A stretch of DNA of 64,000 bases from an uncultured bacterium. Its GTDB lineage: Bacteria > Babelota > Babeliae > Babelales > Babelaceae. The stretch spans positions 192,001 through 256,000 of the forward strand of contig CAWKFG010000001.1 in NCBI GenBank assembly GCA_963848965.1, written 5' to 3'. This document shows positions 1-9,740 of the stretch, piece by piece (position 1 is the stretch's first letter; each line of letters starts with the position of its first letter). The notes under the pieces were generated by a model, which was not told the DNA's origin, ran no database searches, and worked only from the letters and a program-made list of their open reading frames with translations. Both the position numbers and the translations under genes were made by a program.

Positions 1-2
1 TA

Positions 3-3000
3 TGCCTGCCAGCACATTTACAAGATTTAGCAAAGCAGCAAATAGCTGCTTTAGAAAAATTAAAAGTAGAGGTCAAAGCTGAGCCTGAACTTTTACATGC
101 ACTTACTCAAAAAGATTACACACGTGCTGTCAAGTTGTTAGAGCAGGGTGCAGATCCTAATACAAGTGGTGATACTGAAAAAACAGCACTTATGCTTGCA
201 GCTTCTCATGGTGCATGGCAAATGGTAAGTACTTTGCTTGAATGGGGTGCTCAAAAAGATAGAAAAGATTCTTTTGGTAATACGGCTCTTCACTATGGGG
301 TAGCTTCAGCCTCAAGCTTGTGTGTTTTAGGGCTCCTAGACCATGAGCTTGTAAATAGTACAAATAAAGAAGGGATAACCCCTCTTATACGTGCTATTTA
401 TGAGATAAAAGTTGCTGAGAGCAAAGAACAAGTACAAGAACTTATTATCGTTATTGGATGGCTTTTAAAGTTTGGTGCCTCTGTAAATGCACAAGATGCC
501 TATGGAGTAACGCCTTTAATGTTAGCTTGTAAATGCAATAGGCAAACTGATTTTATTATACAAGGTATTCGAGCTGTATTGGAACTCTTGGTTGAGTATA
601 AACCAGATTGTGATATGCAAGATTCTGAAGGTAATACTGCTTTAATACATGCTGTTTTATATAACCAATTATCCCTATTTAAATATTTACTACCTTTCTG
701 TGCTTATATGATAAGCAATAAAAAAGAAGAGACAGCTCTATCGCTTGCACAAAAAAGAGATGCTTCATCTATAAGAGACTCCATTATCGCATTTGATCAT
801 CAAAAGAAGGAATGGATAAAAGAACATGGTGGTACAGAGCTCATGTATGCTGTTTTCCATCGTATTATGCCTACTGTAAGAAGGCTTATTCAAGCACATG
901 TAGATGTTAATTTAAAAGATACTTATGGATGTACTGCTCTCTTGTATGCCATACAAAATAATGATTATGAAATAGTTAAAGAGTTAATGAAAGCTGGAGC
1001 AAAAGCAGGAGAGTATAAAACAGTAAATTGTGATGCACGGATAAAGGAACTCTTAAGACAAAATTTAAACAATTCTCAAGAAGAATCGGAAAAGAAAGAA
1101 AACGAGACCGTTGTAAACCAAGAGCTATTGAAAAAGCAGATTCTTGCAGATGAGCTTAATGAAGAGGGTAAGCTACTCTTTCAACGCTATAAAGAAAGTA
1201 AGAATGGTGATGGTGTTACTCCATTTATTTATGCAGTACAAGAAGGAAAATGTGCTGTAGTAAGGCAAATGTTAGAACTAGCTCCATCGATTACCTTTCA
1301 AAGAGATAATCAAAGGCAAGATTGTCTTCTTATTGCTTTGCAAAAGAGATATTTTGCTTTAGCTCGTATGATTATTGAGGGTTACTATAGTAATGAACAA
1401 GCATTAGAAACTTGTTTTAAACAGTGCTTAGAAGCTGTTTTTAAGAAAAAAGAGAACGAATACAGGCAAATGCTTCAGCTCATTGTAGATGTGTATCCCT
1501 CTTTACTTCAAAAAATTTTTCAGCATATTTTTGGTACCCCATATGAAGATTATCTTCAAAAAGCACTCGCAGAAAGGGCCTTTATACTTAGTGAATTCCA
1601 GCTTGGTAGCCTTCTTATGCTCGCTATAGCAAGTAAGAGTAATGTCTTTATTCAGAACATTATTGAAAGCTACCCTCATTATGTACATTATAAAGATCCT
1701 GAAAACAAGACGCTGCTTATGGTTGCTGCACAGGAGGGTAATCAGAGAGTTATTGGGCTCTTATATGAAAAAGGAGCCGATTTAGATGTTCAAGATAAAA
1801 GTGGAAAGACTGCTCTTGATTATGCGCTACAATGTCCACAAACTCTTGAATTTTTGCAAAATATATCGCTCAATAAAAGATTGAATGCTTTAAAAAAAGA
1901 GAGTGAAACAGAAAAGCAGAAATTTGAACAAAGACTAAAAGGGATAAAGGATCAAGAGATTGCAAATGAGCTTATAGTTGAAGATTGGAACGATCTGCTT
2001 GTTGCTGCTTATGATAATGATGTGCAAACTATCAAAAAAGAGCGAAGCAAAATAAATCAAGCAAGGGGGCATGGTATTACTGCTTTAATGGTAGCAGCTT
2101 ATAAAAACAATCTAGAGGCATGTGAAACTCTTCTTGCATGCCCAGGAATAGGAATAAATAATCAAGATAAAGAAGGCCATACTGCGTTGATATACGCGGC
2201 TAAACAGGGTCATCTGCGTATTGTTCAGCTTCTTATAAAGGCGGGAGCTTGGGGGCTTATCTTAGATAGCAATAAACAAGTTCCTTTAAAGTTGGTCCAC
2301 TCTCTTGCTGTATCTTCGATGATGAAAGAGCTTCTTGCTGATAAACTTGTTGAAGAGTCCACTATGATAGCACTTGCAGTACCAGAAACAAACACTATTA
2401 ATTACTCGAAAATGAGACCTCTTTTAGAACTTTTATCATTAGAAGACCAAGGTTACTTTATTGTGAAGCTTGCAGAAAGAATATTTGATAAATATGCACA
2501 GAGGCAACTATGTGTTGACTGTGGAAAAGTTCATAGAGATAAGTGGGGAGACCTATTTTTAATGGAACTTATTTCTGCTGCAGGATCTAGGGCTCTAAGA
2601 GTCATGGATAATTTAAAAAAATGGCATGTTGACGCTTGTATTTTTCAAGATAAGCAGAGTCGCGCTCTCTTTCCAGAAGCTCTAGTGTTAGGAATTAAAA
2701 AGTGGCTTAGAGTAAAAGGAAAAGAATTAAGAGATGCCTCAAAAGATCAGGATGTAAGAGATATTATTAATAAGCTTATTTTTAAAGTAAACTTTCATAA
2801 GCTGCCTCAAGAGTATAAATCTCATTTGTTAAAAAGCATTGCCGAGGATGAAGAAAATGACAGCCCAAGAACTGCTCTGTGTAAACAACTTCTGCAAGAG
2901 AAATGCATTAACTCTGATTTTAGCTATAAAGAATATATTATTAAGATAGAGATACCTTCTATGATTAAAATGGCTTTATTTGCGGTATTTGTCTTTTGTA

Positions 3001-3056
3001 CCTATAAAGTACTTTGTAAAGCTCTGACAGTAAATTCTGGCTACTATCCAGTGTAA
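3..3056 (+). CDS. Large ankyrin-repeat protein (5'-truncated by window edge) with a C-terminal hydrophobic segment
   Basis: Many G-x-T-[AP]-L-[MHI]-x-A ankyrin motifs. The frame is open from base 3, upstream of the TTG at 135. The C-terminus has MALFAVFVFCTY. Confidence 0.85.
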   Translation, partial: CLPAHLQDLAKQQIAALEKLKVEVKAEPELLHALTQKDYTRAVKLLEQGADPNTSGDTEKTALMLAASHGAWQMVSTLLEWGAQKDRKDSFGNTALHYGVASASSLCVLGLLDHELVNSTNKEGITPLIRAIYEIKVAESKEQVQELIIVIGWLLKFGASVNAQDAYGVTPLMLACKCNRQTDFIIQGIRAVLELLVEYKPDCDMQDSEGNTALIHAVLYNQLSLFKYLLPFCAYMISNKKEETALSLAQKRDASSIRDSIIAFDHQKKEWIKEHGGTELMYAVFHRIMPTVRRLIQAHVDVNLKDTYGCTALLYAIQNNDYEIVKELMKAGAKAGEYKTVNCDARIKELLRQNLNNSQEESEKKENETVVNQELLKKQILADELNEEGKLLFQRYKESKNGDGVTPFIYAVQEGKCAVVRQMLELAPSITFQRDNQRQDCLLIALQKRYFALARMIIEGYYSNEQALETCFKQCLEAVFKKKENEYRQMLQLIVDVYPSLLQKIFQHIFGTPYEDYLQKALAERAFILSEFQLGSLLMLAIASKSNVFIQNIIESYPHYVHYKDPENKTLLMVAAQEGNQRVIGLLYEKGADLDVQDKSGKTALDYALQCPQTLEFLQNISLNKRLNALKKESETEKQKFEQRLKGIKDQEIANELIVEDWNDLLVAAYDNDVQTIKKERSKINQARGHGITALMVAAYKNNLEACETLLACPGIGINNQDKEGHTALIYAAKQGHLRIVQLLIKAGAWGLILDSNKQVPLKLVHSLAVSSMMKELLADKLVEESTMIALAVPETNTINYSKMRPLLELLSLEDQGYFIVKLAERIFDKYAQRQLCVDCGKVHRDKWGDLFLMELISAAGSRALRVMDNLKKWHVDACIFQDKQSRALFPEALVLGIKKWLRVKGKELRDASKDQDVRDIINKLIFKVNFHKLPQEYKSHLLKSIAEDEENDSPRTALCKQLLQEKCINSDFSYKEYIIKIEIPSMIKMALFAVFVFCTYKVLCKALTVNSGYYPV

Positions 3057-3155
3057 GAATATGTTTCCTGCCCCAGGCGCACTAATAAGCTTAACTTTAT
3101 AATAGCTAGACAGCATTAAATACGTTTTCTTTAGGAAAAGAGAGCATTATTTTCC

Positions 3156-3476
3156 TTATGGTTTTGCATAAATTTTCTTCCCTTTTTGCTTAATCTTATA
3201 GCAAAAGGTTGTTCTGTTTTGAGAATCTTTTTCAAACTCTTCTTTGTTGAAAAGAAAAAGATCTTTGGAAATAGTAATGCCACATAATGCTTTGTGCCCT
3301 TCAACAAGATCATGATAATGATCTTTCTGATACTTATCTACGACTATCAAGGCATCTAGATCGCTTTCTTCATCAGCACAACCACAAATATATGATCCAA
3401 ATAAGTAAATCTCGAGAGGATTATAAAGCTCAATAAGTCTTTCTTTTACCTCTTCTATTACTGTATTTGTTATCAT
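3156..3476 (-). CDS. Minimal nucleotidyltransferase (MNT/MntA-like antitoxin)
   Basis: 106 aa with IYLFGSY...ESDLDALIVV (GS..DxD) motif. Confidence 0.8.
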   Translation of the reverse strand: MITNTVIEEVKERLIELYNPLEIYLFGSYICGCADEESDLDALIVVDKYQKDHYHDLVEGHKALCGITISKDLFLFNKEEFEKDSQNRTTFCYKIKQKGKKIYAKP

Positions 3477-3567
3477 AATTTATTTCTCCTGCTGTGCTTT
3501 TTCTATTATTTTACTATCTCTTTTGTTGAAGATCAAAAGATTGTGGGTTCTGTGTGATGTTAAATAA

Positions 3568-3656
3568 ATGACTCACTCTGCCAGAAAGAAATAACTCATG
3601 AGTTATTTATGAGTCAATTGAGTTGTTTATGGCAAATTAATTGACTCAAATGACTC
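3568..3656. promoter_or_regulatory. Cluster of TGA(C/G)T(C/T)A-type inverted repeats, candidate operator array
   Basis: Perfect 20-bp palindrome AAATAACTCATGAGTTATTT at 3589-3608. TGAGTCAATT (3610-3619) and AATTGACTCA (3639-3648) form an inverted pair. Extra ATGACTC copies at 3568 and 3650. Confidence 0.55.
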
Positions 3657-3727
3657 GTTGGTGGTATGCTATTAAAAATAGCTACTTAAGGCGCATTATG
3701 AACATGGCCGGTACTACAAGGATACTC

Positions 3728-5083
3728 ATGAAATATCCAGAAGTTGAATCATCAACAGTTGAGTTAAAAAGAGATTTTCCTAAAAATGATCAAATTCTTA
3801 AGACTATAATTGGTTTTTGTAATCAAAATGGCGGGAAACTTGTAATAGGAGTTGATAATGATGGTACTATTGTCGGTGTACCACATGATAAGGTACATCA
3901 AGCACTTGAGTACTTGGAAAAGTCTATATTTGAGGCTTCATATCCGCCTATTTTGCCTTTTGTTTATTTACAAACAATTGCTGATAAAACATTACTTATA
4001 GTACAGGTTTCAGAAGGTATGAATAAACCATACTATATTAAATCAGAGGGAGCAGAAGGAGGTACCTATATAAGGTTAGGTAGAAGCACGTTAAGAGCGA
4101 CATCAGGAATCCTTGAAGAGTTAAAGTGGCAATCTCGTGGTAAATCTTTTGATACAATGCCTGTATATCAAGCTTTACTTGATGATTTAGATATGACACA
4201 AATTGAGCACTTCCTTAAAAAAAGAAAAAAAGGTCGTTCAAAAAATAACGATTCTTTTAACCAAGTGCTTAAATCATACTATTTAGTAGCAGAAGAGCAT
4301 GGTCATACTTATCCTACAGTTGCAGGAATTCTGCTTTTTGGCAAAAATCCACAGTATTTTTTTCCTGAAGCAATGATTCTATGTTCCCATTTTAAAGGCA
4401 TATCGGGGCGAGAGGCTATTGCTGCAAAACAATGCACAGGAACTTTGATAGACCAGTTTCGTGAAGCTTTTACCTTTCTTGAAAGACAGCTTAATCATTC
4501 ATTTACCATTACAGGGCGTCAACGTAAGGAAGAGCTAGAGATCCCAGAAGTTGCTCTTCGCGAAATGCTTATTAATGCTATTGTTCATCGCAATTATCAT
4601 ATTAATGCTCCTGGTAAAGTCGCTATTTTTGATAATCGTGTTGAAATATTTAGTCCTGGAAGTTTTCCTGGGCCGCTTAACCCACAAAATTTAAAAATGG
4701 GTTTAACGTATATTCGTAATATAGCTATAACAAAGGTTTTTCATGAAATGGGCCTTATAGAAAAATTGGGTACAGGGTTTATCACTCTCTTTGAAAGTTA
4801 TGAAGAGCGAGGACTGAAAACACCAGAGGTTATTGAAATAGAAAATGCTATTAAATGTATCTTACCGCGATCTACTGCTCAAGCACCAGGTACTGGTCCT
4901 CGCGATGGTGTACAGCGTATTATGCAACTTTTTGAAGTTGCTACGGAATTAACTATTGGTGAAATAATTCGTCAACTCCATATACCACGTGCAACGGCAG
5001 GAAGAAAGTTAGCCTTGTTAGTGAAAGAAGGACTTTTGAAAAAGGTTGGCCAAGGACGTACGGCTCGTTATGTTCGAGCGTAA
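3728..5083 (+). CDS. AlbA_2/Schlafen-domain protein with HATPase_c_4 (RecG-C-like) domain and C-terminal wHTH
   Basis: ESSTVELK, FCNQNGGKLVIGVDNDG, REMLINAIVHRNY, RVEIFSPGSF, GLIEKLGTGF, and a C-terminal HTH ending GQGRTARY. ATG 3728 is preceded by AAGGA. Confidence 0.85.
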   Translation: MKYPEVESSTVELKRDFPKNDQILKTIIGFCNQNGGKLVIGVDNDGTIVGVPHDKVHQALEYLEKSIFEASYPPILPFVYLQTIADKTLLIVQVSEGMNKPYYIKSEGAEGGTYIRLGRSTLRATSGILEELKWQSRGKSFDTMPVYQALLDDLDMTQIEHFLKKRKKGRSKNNDSFNQVLKSYYLVAEEHGHTYPTVAGILLFGKNPQYFFPEAMILCSHFKGISGREAIAAKQCTGTLIDQFREAFTFLERQLNHSFTITGRQRKEELEIPEVALREMLINAIVHRNYHINAPGKVAIFDNRVEIFSPGSFPGPLNPQNLKMGLTYIRNIAITKVFHEMGLIEKLGTGFITLFESYEERGLKTPEVIEIENAIKCILPRSTAQAPGTGPRDGVQRIMQLFEVATELTIGEIIRQLHIPRATAGRKLALLVKEGLLKKVGQGRTARYVRA

Positions 5084-5114
5084 CCTTTATGCGCATAAAA
5101 TTTTATAGAAAGCA

Positions 5115-5145
5115 TAAGGCACAATGAGAACGCCACTGTGCCTTA
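5115..5145. terminator. Hairpin between convergent genes (possible bidirectional terminator)
   Basis: TAAGGCACA ... TGTGCCTTA inverted repeat. Confidence 0.45.
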
Positions 5146-5150
5146 GAGAA

Positions 5151-5474
5151 TTATTTTACTTTTTGAAAGCGCGCTACTTTTTTGCCTTCGTATTCAACAG
5201 GTTCAAGCCAAGCATCAAGATCTCGCACCCATACAATGTCATCACCATAGAGTGCTTTATAGATAACGCATATCTTTTCTGTAGCTTCTTGAATACCTAT
5301 ATTAATTACTTCGTATTGAAGTTTAGGATTGCGGTAGTGACTATAAATAGCACCAACTTCTACTTTTCCTTGTGCATCTTGGCGTCGTGCAGTGAGCTCT
5401 TCAAGTGATGTATGACTCATAGTATCCTTCATAAATAAACTTAAACATGCGATAACAACATATCTGTTAATCAT
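5151..5474 (-). CDS. DUF1653 domain protein
   Basis: GAIYSHYRN..YEVI...EATE..VIYKALYG..VWVRDL..W......RF. The start at 5474 makes an ATGA overlap with the upstream stop. Confidence 0.8.
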   Translation of the reverse strand: MINRYVVIACLSLFMKDTMSHTSLEELTARRQDAQGKVEVGAIYSHYRNPKLQYEVINIGIQEATEKICVIYKALYGDDIVWVRDLDAWLEPVEYEGKKVARFQKVK

Positions 5475-7528
5475 AGTGTACCTTCGATTTTGAGCTCTTT
5501 TTCTTTTATATTCCTCAATATACATGAAGCTTGATCTAACAAGCTGTCATGAAAGCCCTCTTGGCGCAATATATCAAGAGCAACATTCTGATGAGAAACA
5601 CCTCGTGTAATTTTGAACGGATAAATAATTTTTCCGGTTTCAGCTACCAAGACTGATTGTTTATAGTTAGCAAAGTTCTGCGTTTTTTCTTCAAGTGTAG
5701 TAAGAAGTTTGGAGTGTGTAGATAGGATAGAAATGATGTTCTCATCTTTGCCTAAATATTCAGCAACACTATAGGCTATTGCATCACCTTCTATGCTGGA
5801 AGTTCCGTTAAAAGGCTCATCAAGAGCAATGAACACATTTTTGCCTGAACCGGTTATTTCACGCTGTTTCATAATTGCTTGCATACGATTTACTTGTGCT
5901 TTGAATAATGAGTTTCCTGAAGCAATATCATCAATAATGTTTAGATAAGTCTCAATACAACTAAAGGGCGATATAAGAGCTTCTTTAGCAGGTGCAATAC
6001 CTAAGCTTTGAGAAAGAATGAGCGAGAATGTTAATGCTTTAATGAGTGTCGATTTACCTCCTGCGTTAGGACCTGTAATAACACTATTGCGTGGTTGCTC
6101 ACCGCCTAGTTCAAGTGAGTTTACTACTATTTTGTGATCCTCTTTTTCTTTTATAAAAGGGTTCCAAAAGTCTTTTAATACAATATGGGGACCTTTAGTG
6201 CTAAATTGAGTGAACGTGTAGGTTGCTTCCTTATGTTCAAACTCTTTATACAATCGTGCTACTGATAGATAAGCGTCAATTTCGCCGACAGCTGCCCATG
6301 CTTGAGCAAGATGTTCTTTAACTTTGTGCATAAGCTCATATGCTATAAGAATTCTTCCTTGATTTGAAAAGAAAGAAGGTTCATCAATAAACGTAGAAGT
6401 TTGTAGCAGCCGTATAAGCTCGCCTAGCGGAGTATTATGGTTAACTGCTTCACGTACATGAGTGAGAGCAGGCAAAGATGTGATAGAGTTTTTGAGCGTA
6501 AGATTATTTTCTTCTAGTGATGCAAGCTGATTGAGTGCTTCGATAAAACGAGCTACGCAAATAAGTTTTATTTGTAAGCATTTCTGTAAATAGATATTAT
6601 CTTTGAACCACTCAAAGTCTTCTTTGAGTGATACTGCACAGTAGGCTCCTACGGCACATGTTGCCAGCTCTGCAATATATTTGTTTCTTGCGTGAGAAAA
6701 AAATGCGAGTGTTCTACCAGCAGATCCCTTGAGCCAATCAGTAGTATAAGCGAATTTTTGAGGTAAAACATAATTGCATTGCTTTCCAAGAGCATCAAGA
6801 GGCAAAAGAGCTATTGCTGCTAACGTTGTAAGGAAATACGTAAAGCGCTGGTTGTGCCCAGATAGACTTCTGAATGTCAAAGCAATCTCACTTTGGTTAA
6901 GCATCTCATTGAGTCCAGTAAAATAGGGAATATTATAATGCTGTCTCAGTGTTGGATTTCTAAAATGATCGTTGCCCCAAAAAGAAAATATAATATCTTG
7001 GCTAGCTCGTATTTTTTCTAATGTTTCTTTGAGTTTGTTTGCAAGAATTTCATTATTGACAAGCTCTTTAACAATGGATTGGCGCCGGAGGAGCTCTGGT
7101 ATATCATCTGTAACAGATGCTATCAAACCGCTCAGTTTCGCTTTCCCTATTTCAGTAGTTGTACGATCTACAATTTCTAAAAGGCACTTATCGGGATAGA
7201 GTTTTCCTGCAAAAAGATCAAGATCGTCCCACGTGGCAGTGTCACCTAAAATACCTGCATGGTTAAAATGAGCTTTTTCTGCTAAGTTTAAAAGTCGTAA
7301 TGCAATGGTACGTCGCTTTTGTGGCGTAGGATTTGTTTGAGTTCGCATACAACGCTCAAGAAATTTGCCATATGCTTCATTTGGCCAATCTTCATCTTCT
7401 GCCCACTCAAATGAATGCATGCTAAACGGTCTAATAACATCGTAAAGTAAAGCTTGTTCTTCTGCCTGTACTATACTGCCTCGTTGTGCCCAGCATATAA
7501 TGCCAAACATTACCACTTTTTTAAACAT
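5471..7528 (-). CDS. MutS-family ATPase (domains III and V only) with N-terminal signal peptide
   Basis: ITGPNAGGKST Walker A, SLFKAQV, ALDEPFNGTS, STH motifs. No recognisable mismatch-binding domain I. Confidence 0.85.
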   Translation of the reverse strand: MFKKVVMFGIICWAQRGSIVQAEEQALLYDVIRPFSMHSFEWAEDEDWPNEAYGKFLERCMRTQTNPTPQKRRTIALRLLNLAEKAHFNHAGILGDTATWDDLDLFAGKLYPDKCLLEIVDRTTTEIGKAKLSGLIASVTDDIPELLRRQSIVKELVNNEILANKLKETLEKIRASQDIIFSFWGNDHFRNPTLRQHYNIPYFTGLNEMLNQSEIALTFRSLSGHNQRFTYFLTTLAAIALLPLDALGKQCNYVLPQKFAYTTDWLKGSAGRTLAFFSHARNKYIAELATCAVGAYCAVSLKEDFEWFKDNIYLQKCLQIKLICVARFIEALNQLASLEENNLTLKNSITSLPALTHVREAVNHNTPLGELIRLLQTSTFIDEPSFFSNQGRILIAYELMHKVKEHLAQAWAAVGEIDAYLSVARLYKEFEHKEATYTFTQFSTKGPHIVLKDFWNPFIKEKEDHKIVVNSLELGGEQPRNSVITGPNAGGKSTLIKALTFSLILSQSLGIAPAKEALISPFSCIETYLNIIDDIASGNSLFKAQVNRMQAIMKQREITGSGKNVFIALDEPFNGTSSIEGDAIAYSVAEYLGKDENIISILSTHSKLLTTLEEKTQNFANYKQSVLVAETGKIIYPFKITRGVSHQNVALDILRQEGFHDSLLDQASCILRNIKEKELKIEGTL

Positions 7529-7693
7529 AGTATCTCCTCAATAAGTGGGTTCTTGAGGAAAGGATATCCTAGAAAAGCCTTTTTTTAAAGCAAAATTTAG
7601 CGCATCTTTAAAAGTTGCCGTCGTAATGATAAATTGTGCGTATAGGTTTGCCAAAAACTTGTGGTAGTCAGTTCTTTATGTTTGGCAAAAATG

Positions 7694-8488
7694 CTAGTTT
7701 TTTGAAGGAACTTTAGCTGCTGCGTCAATTAAAAGTTGGGCAATAGAAGTTTTCCCTGCATGTTGAGCTACCTCAAGAGCTGTAAGTTTAGAAGGGCCTT
7801 TCATATGTATGTCTGCTCCTCGTTCTAATAATAACGGGACAGCTTCTGGAAAATTATATACGGCATCTATTAGAGGAGAGAACCCCATTACTTGTTGGTT
7901 AACGTCAGCTCCTTGGTCCAGTAAATAGATTACTATTGCTAATTGACGAGCGTTTATTGCTATAGAAAGGGGAGCTGAAAAAAAATCACCAGTAATATCT
8001 GATCCTTGGCTGATAAACTCTTTTACTGCTTGGAGATCTCCGTTGCTAATGGCTTTCAAAAGAAGGTCATTATCTGATTTTTTTCTCTCTTGCTCTTCTA
8101 ACCATTTCATAGCATAAAGCTTTTTTGCTATATCGTCTTTAAAGTGATTAGTAAGCTTGTTTGCAGTTGCTTCATAAGGAAATTTCTTATGAAGAGCATT
8201 AATAATAGCTTTGCTCAGAGTCAAGTTTGCACGAAAAAGAGGTAATTTTTGTATCTGTTGTAATGCTTCATCCAATGTCTTTGATGTATTTATACTATCT
8301 TGAGCTTTATTCCACACCCTATAAAGGTTAATCTCTGATAAAAGCTCCTTAGGTAAAGAACCAAAATACGTTTTTGTTTTAAGCTCTTGAGATGGTACAT
8401 GAAGATCAAGAAATTCAGGAACCATAGCTTGTAAGCTTAATTGATTGATAAGTATATAAAGAAGAATAAAAGAAAAATTTTTTAACAT
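7694..8488 (-). CDS. Secreted ankyrin-repeat protein with F-box-like motif
   Basis: Signal peptide, YFGSLPKELLSEI motif, about 4 C-terminal ankyrin repeats. Paralog of 12555..13346. Confidence 0.8.
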   Translation of the reverse strand: MLKNFSFILLYILINQLSLQAMVPEFLDLHVPSQELKTKTYFGSLPKELLSEINLYRVWNKAQDSINTSKTLDEALQQIQKLPLFRANLTLSKAIINALHKKFPYEATANKLTNHFKDDIAKKLYAMKWLEEQERKKSDNDLLLKAISNGDLQAVKEFISQGSDITGDFFSAPLSIAINARQLAIVIYLLDQGADVNQQVMGFSPLIDAVYNFPEAVPLLLERGADIHMKGPSKLTALEVAQHAGKTSIAQLLIDAAAKVPSKN

Positions 8489-8582
8489 GGTATAGATCCT
8501 TATTTTTCAATTAATTTCTATTATATTATCAGACTGTGGTAAAAATAGCAACTAATCAGACGATATGATCAGGGCAATCTCA

Positions 8583-9740
8583 TCAAAAGTTGGTTGATTG
8601 AGAATGTTTAGATGTTTGTTGGTGTTGTGAGAGCTGATATCTATAAGTAAAGGCTTTATGGCATTCTTTACAAATATAGGGCTTTTCTTTAGTATGTAAC
8701 CTCGTGTGTGCCTCTAAGCTAGTTTTATTAAGAAAGCCTGTCTTACACCCAGGGTAATTGCAAGGGTAGGGCAGTAGGGACTGGGATTTATACACTTGTC
8801 CATCGAAAACAGTGGACATTTCTTTAAAAGTATATGTGGAACATGGATTTTTCTTTAAAGGATATGTATTAGGTGTATTTGTAGATAATTTTGAATCTTG
8901 GGGATGTAGTTTTTGCTGATGTCTTTGTAATTGTTTTCTATGGCTAAATGAGTCGCCGCATTCTTTACAAACATAAGACTTTGTATCTGTATGGCCGTTT
9001 TTATGATCTTTTAAGCTAGCTTTTTGCATAAAAGATTTGGTACAACTAGGATAATCGCATTTATAAGGCTTTTCACCTGTATGCATGCTCTTATTCAATG
9101 AACCGTTATTATCAATGACTTGTTCGTTATCTGTTTGACCAACGATACCGTTAGTAAGTTTTTCATTTAGGCTGTCCCTATCATCTCGTAGGTCGAACTC
9201 AAATAGTAAGTTACCAGCGTTAGATATGTCTTTTTCTTTTCTGTTACCGAGATCTATGCTAGGGACTTCATCTTCATGAAGAAAAGAATAATGCTTTTTA
9301 AGATCTTCAGATGTTGAAAAAGCAAATGAACATAATTTACAGGTATAAGCGTATGTTTCTTTGGCAGAAAAAAGAGAGTAAATGATAGGAGGAGATAAAG
9401 GTGACACTGCTTCTTTGTTTGAGGTAATGTTAGTACTATCTTGTATATCCCATATTTGTTTATGAGATGAATAAAGAGGTTCATGCGTAACAGGACAATC
9501 ATTTGTATTGTTTAGTTCAAAGCTAAGATCGGGAGTATTTAAGGGTTGGTCAAGATTATCAATACTATTGAGTAAAAAAGAAATACTATTTTTATCTTTA
9601 AAAGAAGTATCTAGTTTATGACGTTTGAGAATATTATATGTGCTAGTATCAGATAATGGTCTTTTAGAAGATCCTTCTTGCATGCACTTAAGAGTACAAG
9701 AGAGAAAAAGTGTTGAAAGAAAGATAATTGCTTTTTTCAT
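8583..9740 (-). CDS. Secreted C2H2 zinc-finger protein (5 fingers)
   Basis: Signal peptide MKKAIIFLSTLFLSCTLKC, KRP...KRHK basic patch, five C-x2/4-C-x12-H-x3-5-H fingers, HTGEKPY/HTKEKPY linkers. Confidence 0.85.
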   Translation of the reverse strand: MKKAIIFLSTLFLSCTLKCMQEGSSKRPLSDTSTYNILKRHKLDTSFKDKNSISFLLNSIDNLDQPLNTPDLSFELNNTNDCPVTHEPLYSSHKQIWDIQDSTNITSNKEAVSPLSPPIIYSLFSAKETYAYTCKLCSFAFSTSEDLKKHYSFLHEDEVPSIDLGNRKEKDISNAGNLLFEFDLRDDRDSLNEKLTNGIVGQTDNEQVIDNNGSLNKSMHTGEKPYKCDYPSCTKSFMQKASLKDHKNGHTDTKSYVCKECGDSFSHRKQLQRHQQKLHPQDSKLSTNTPNTYPLKKNPCSTYTFKEMSTVFDGQVYKSQSLLPYPCNYPGCKTGFLNKTSLEAHTRLHTKEKPYICKECHKAFTYRYQLSQHQQTSKHSQSTNF

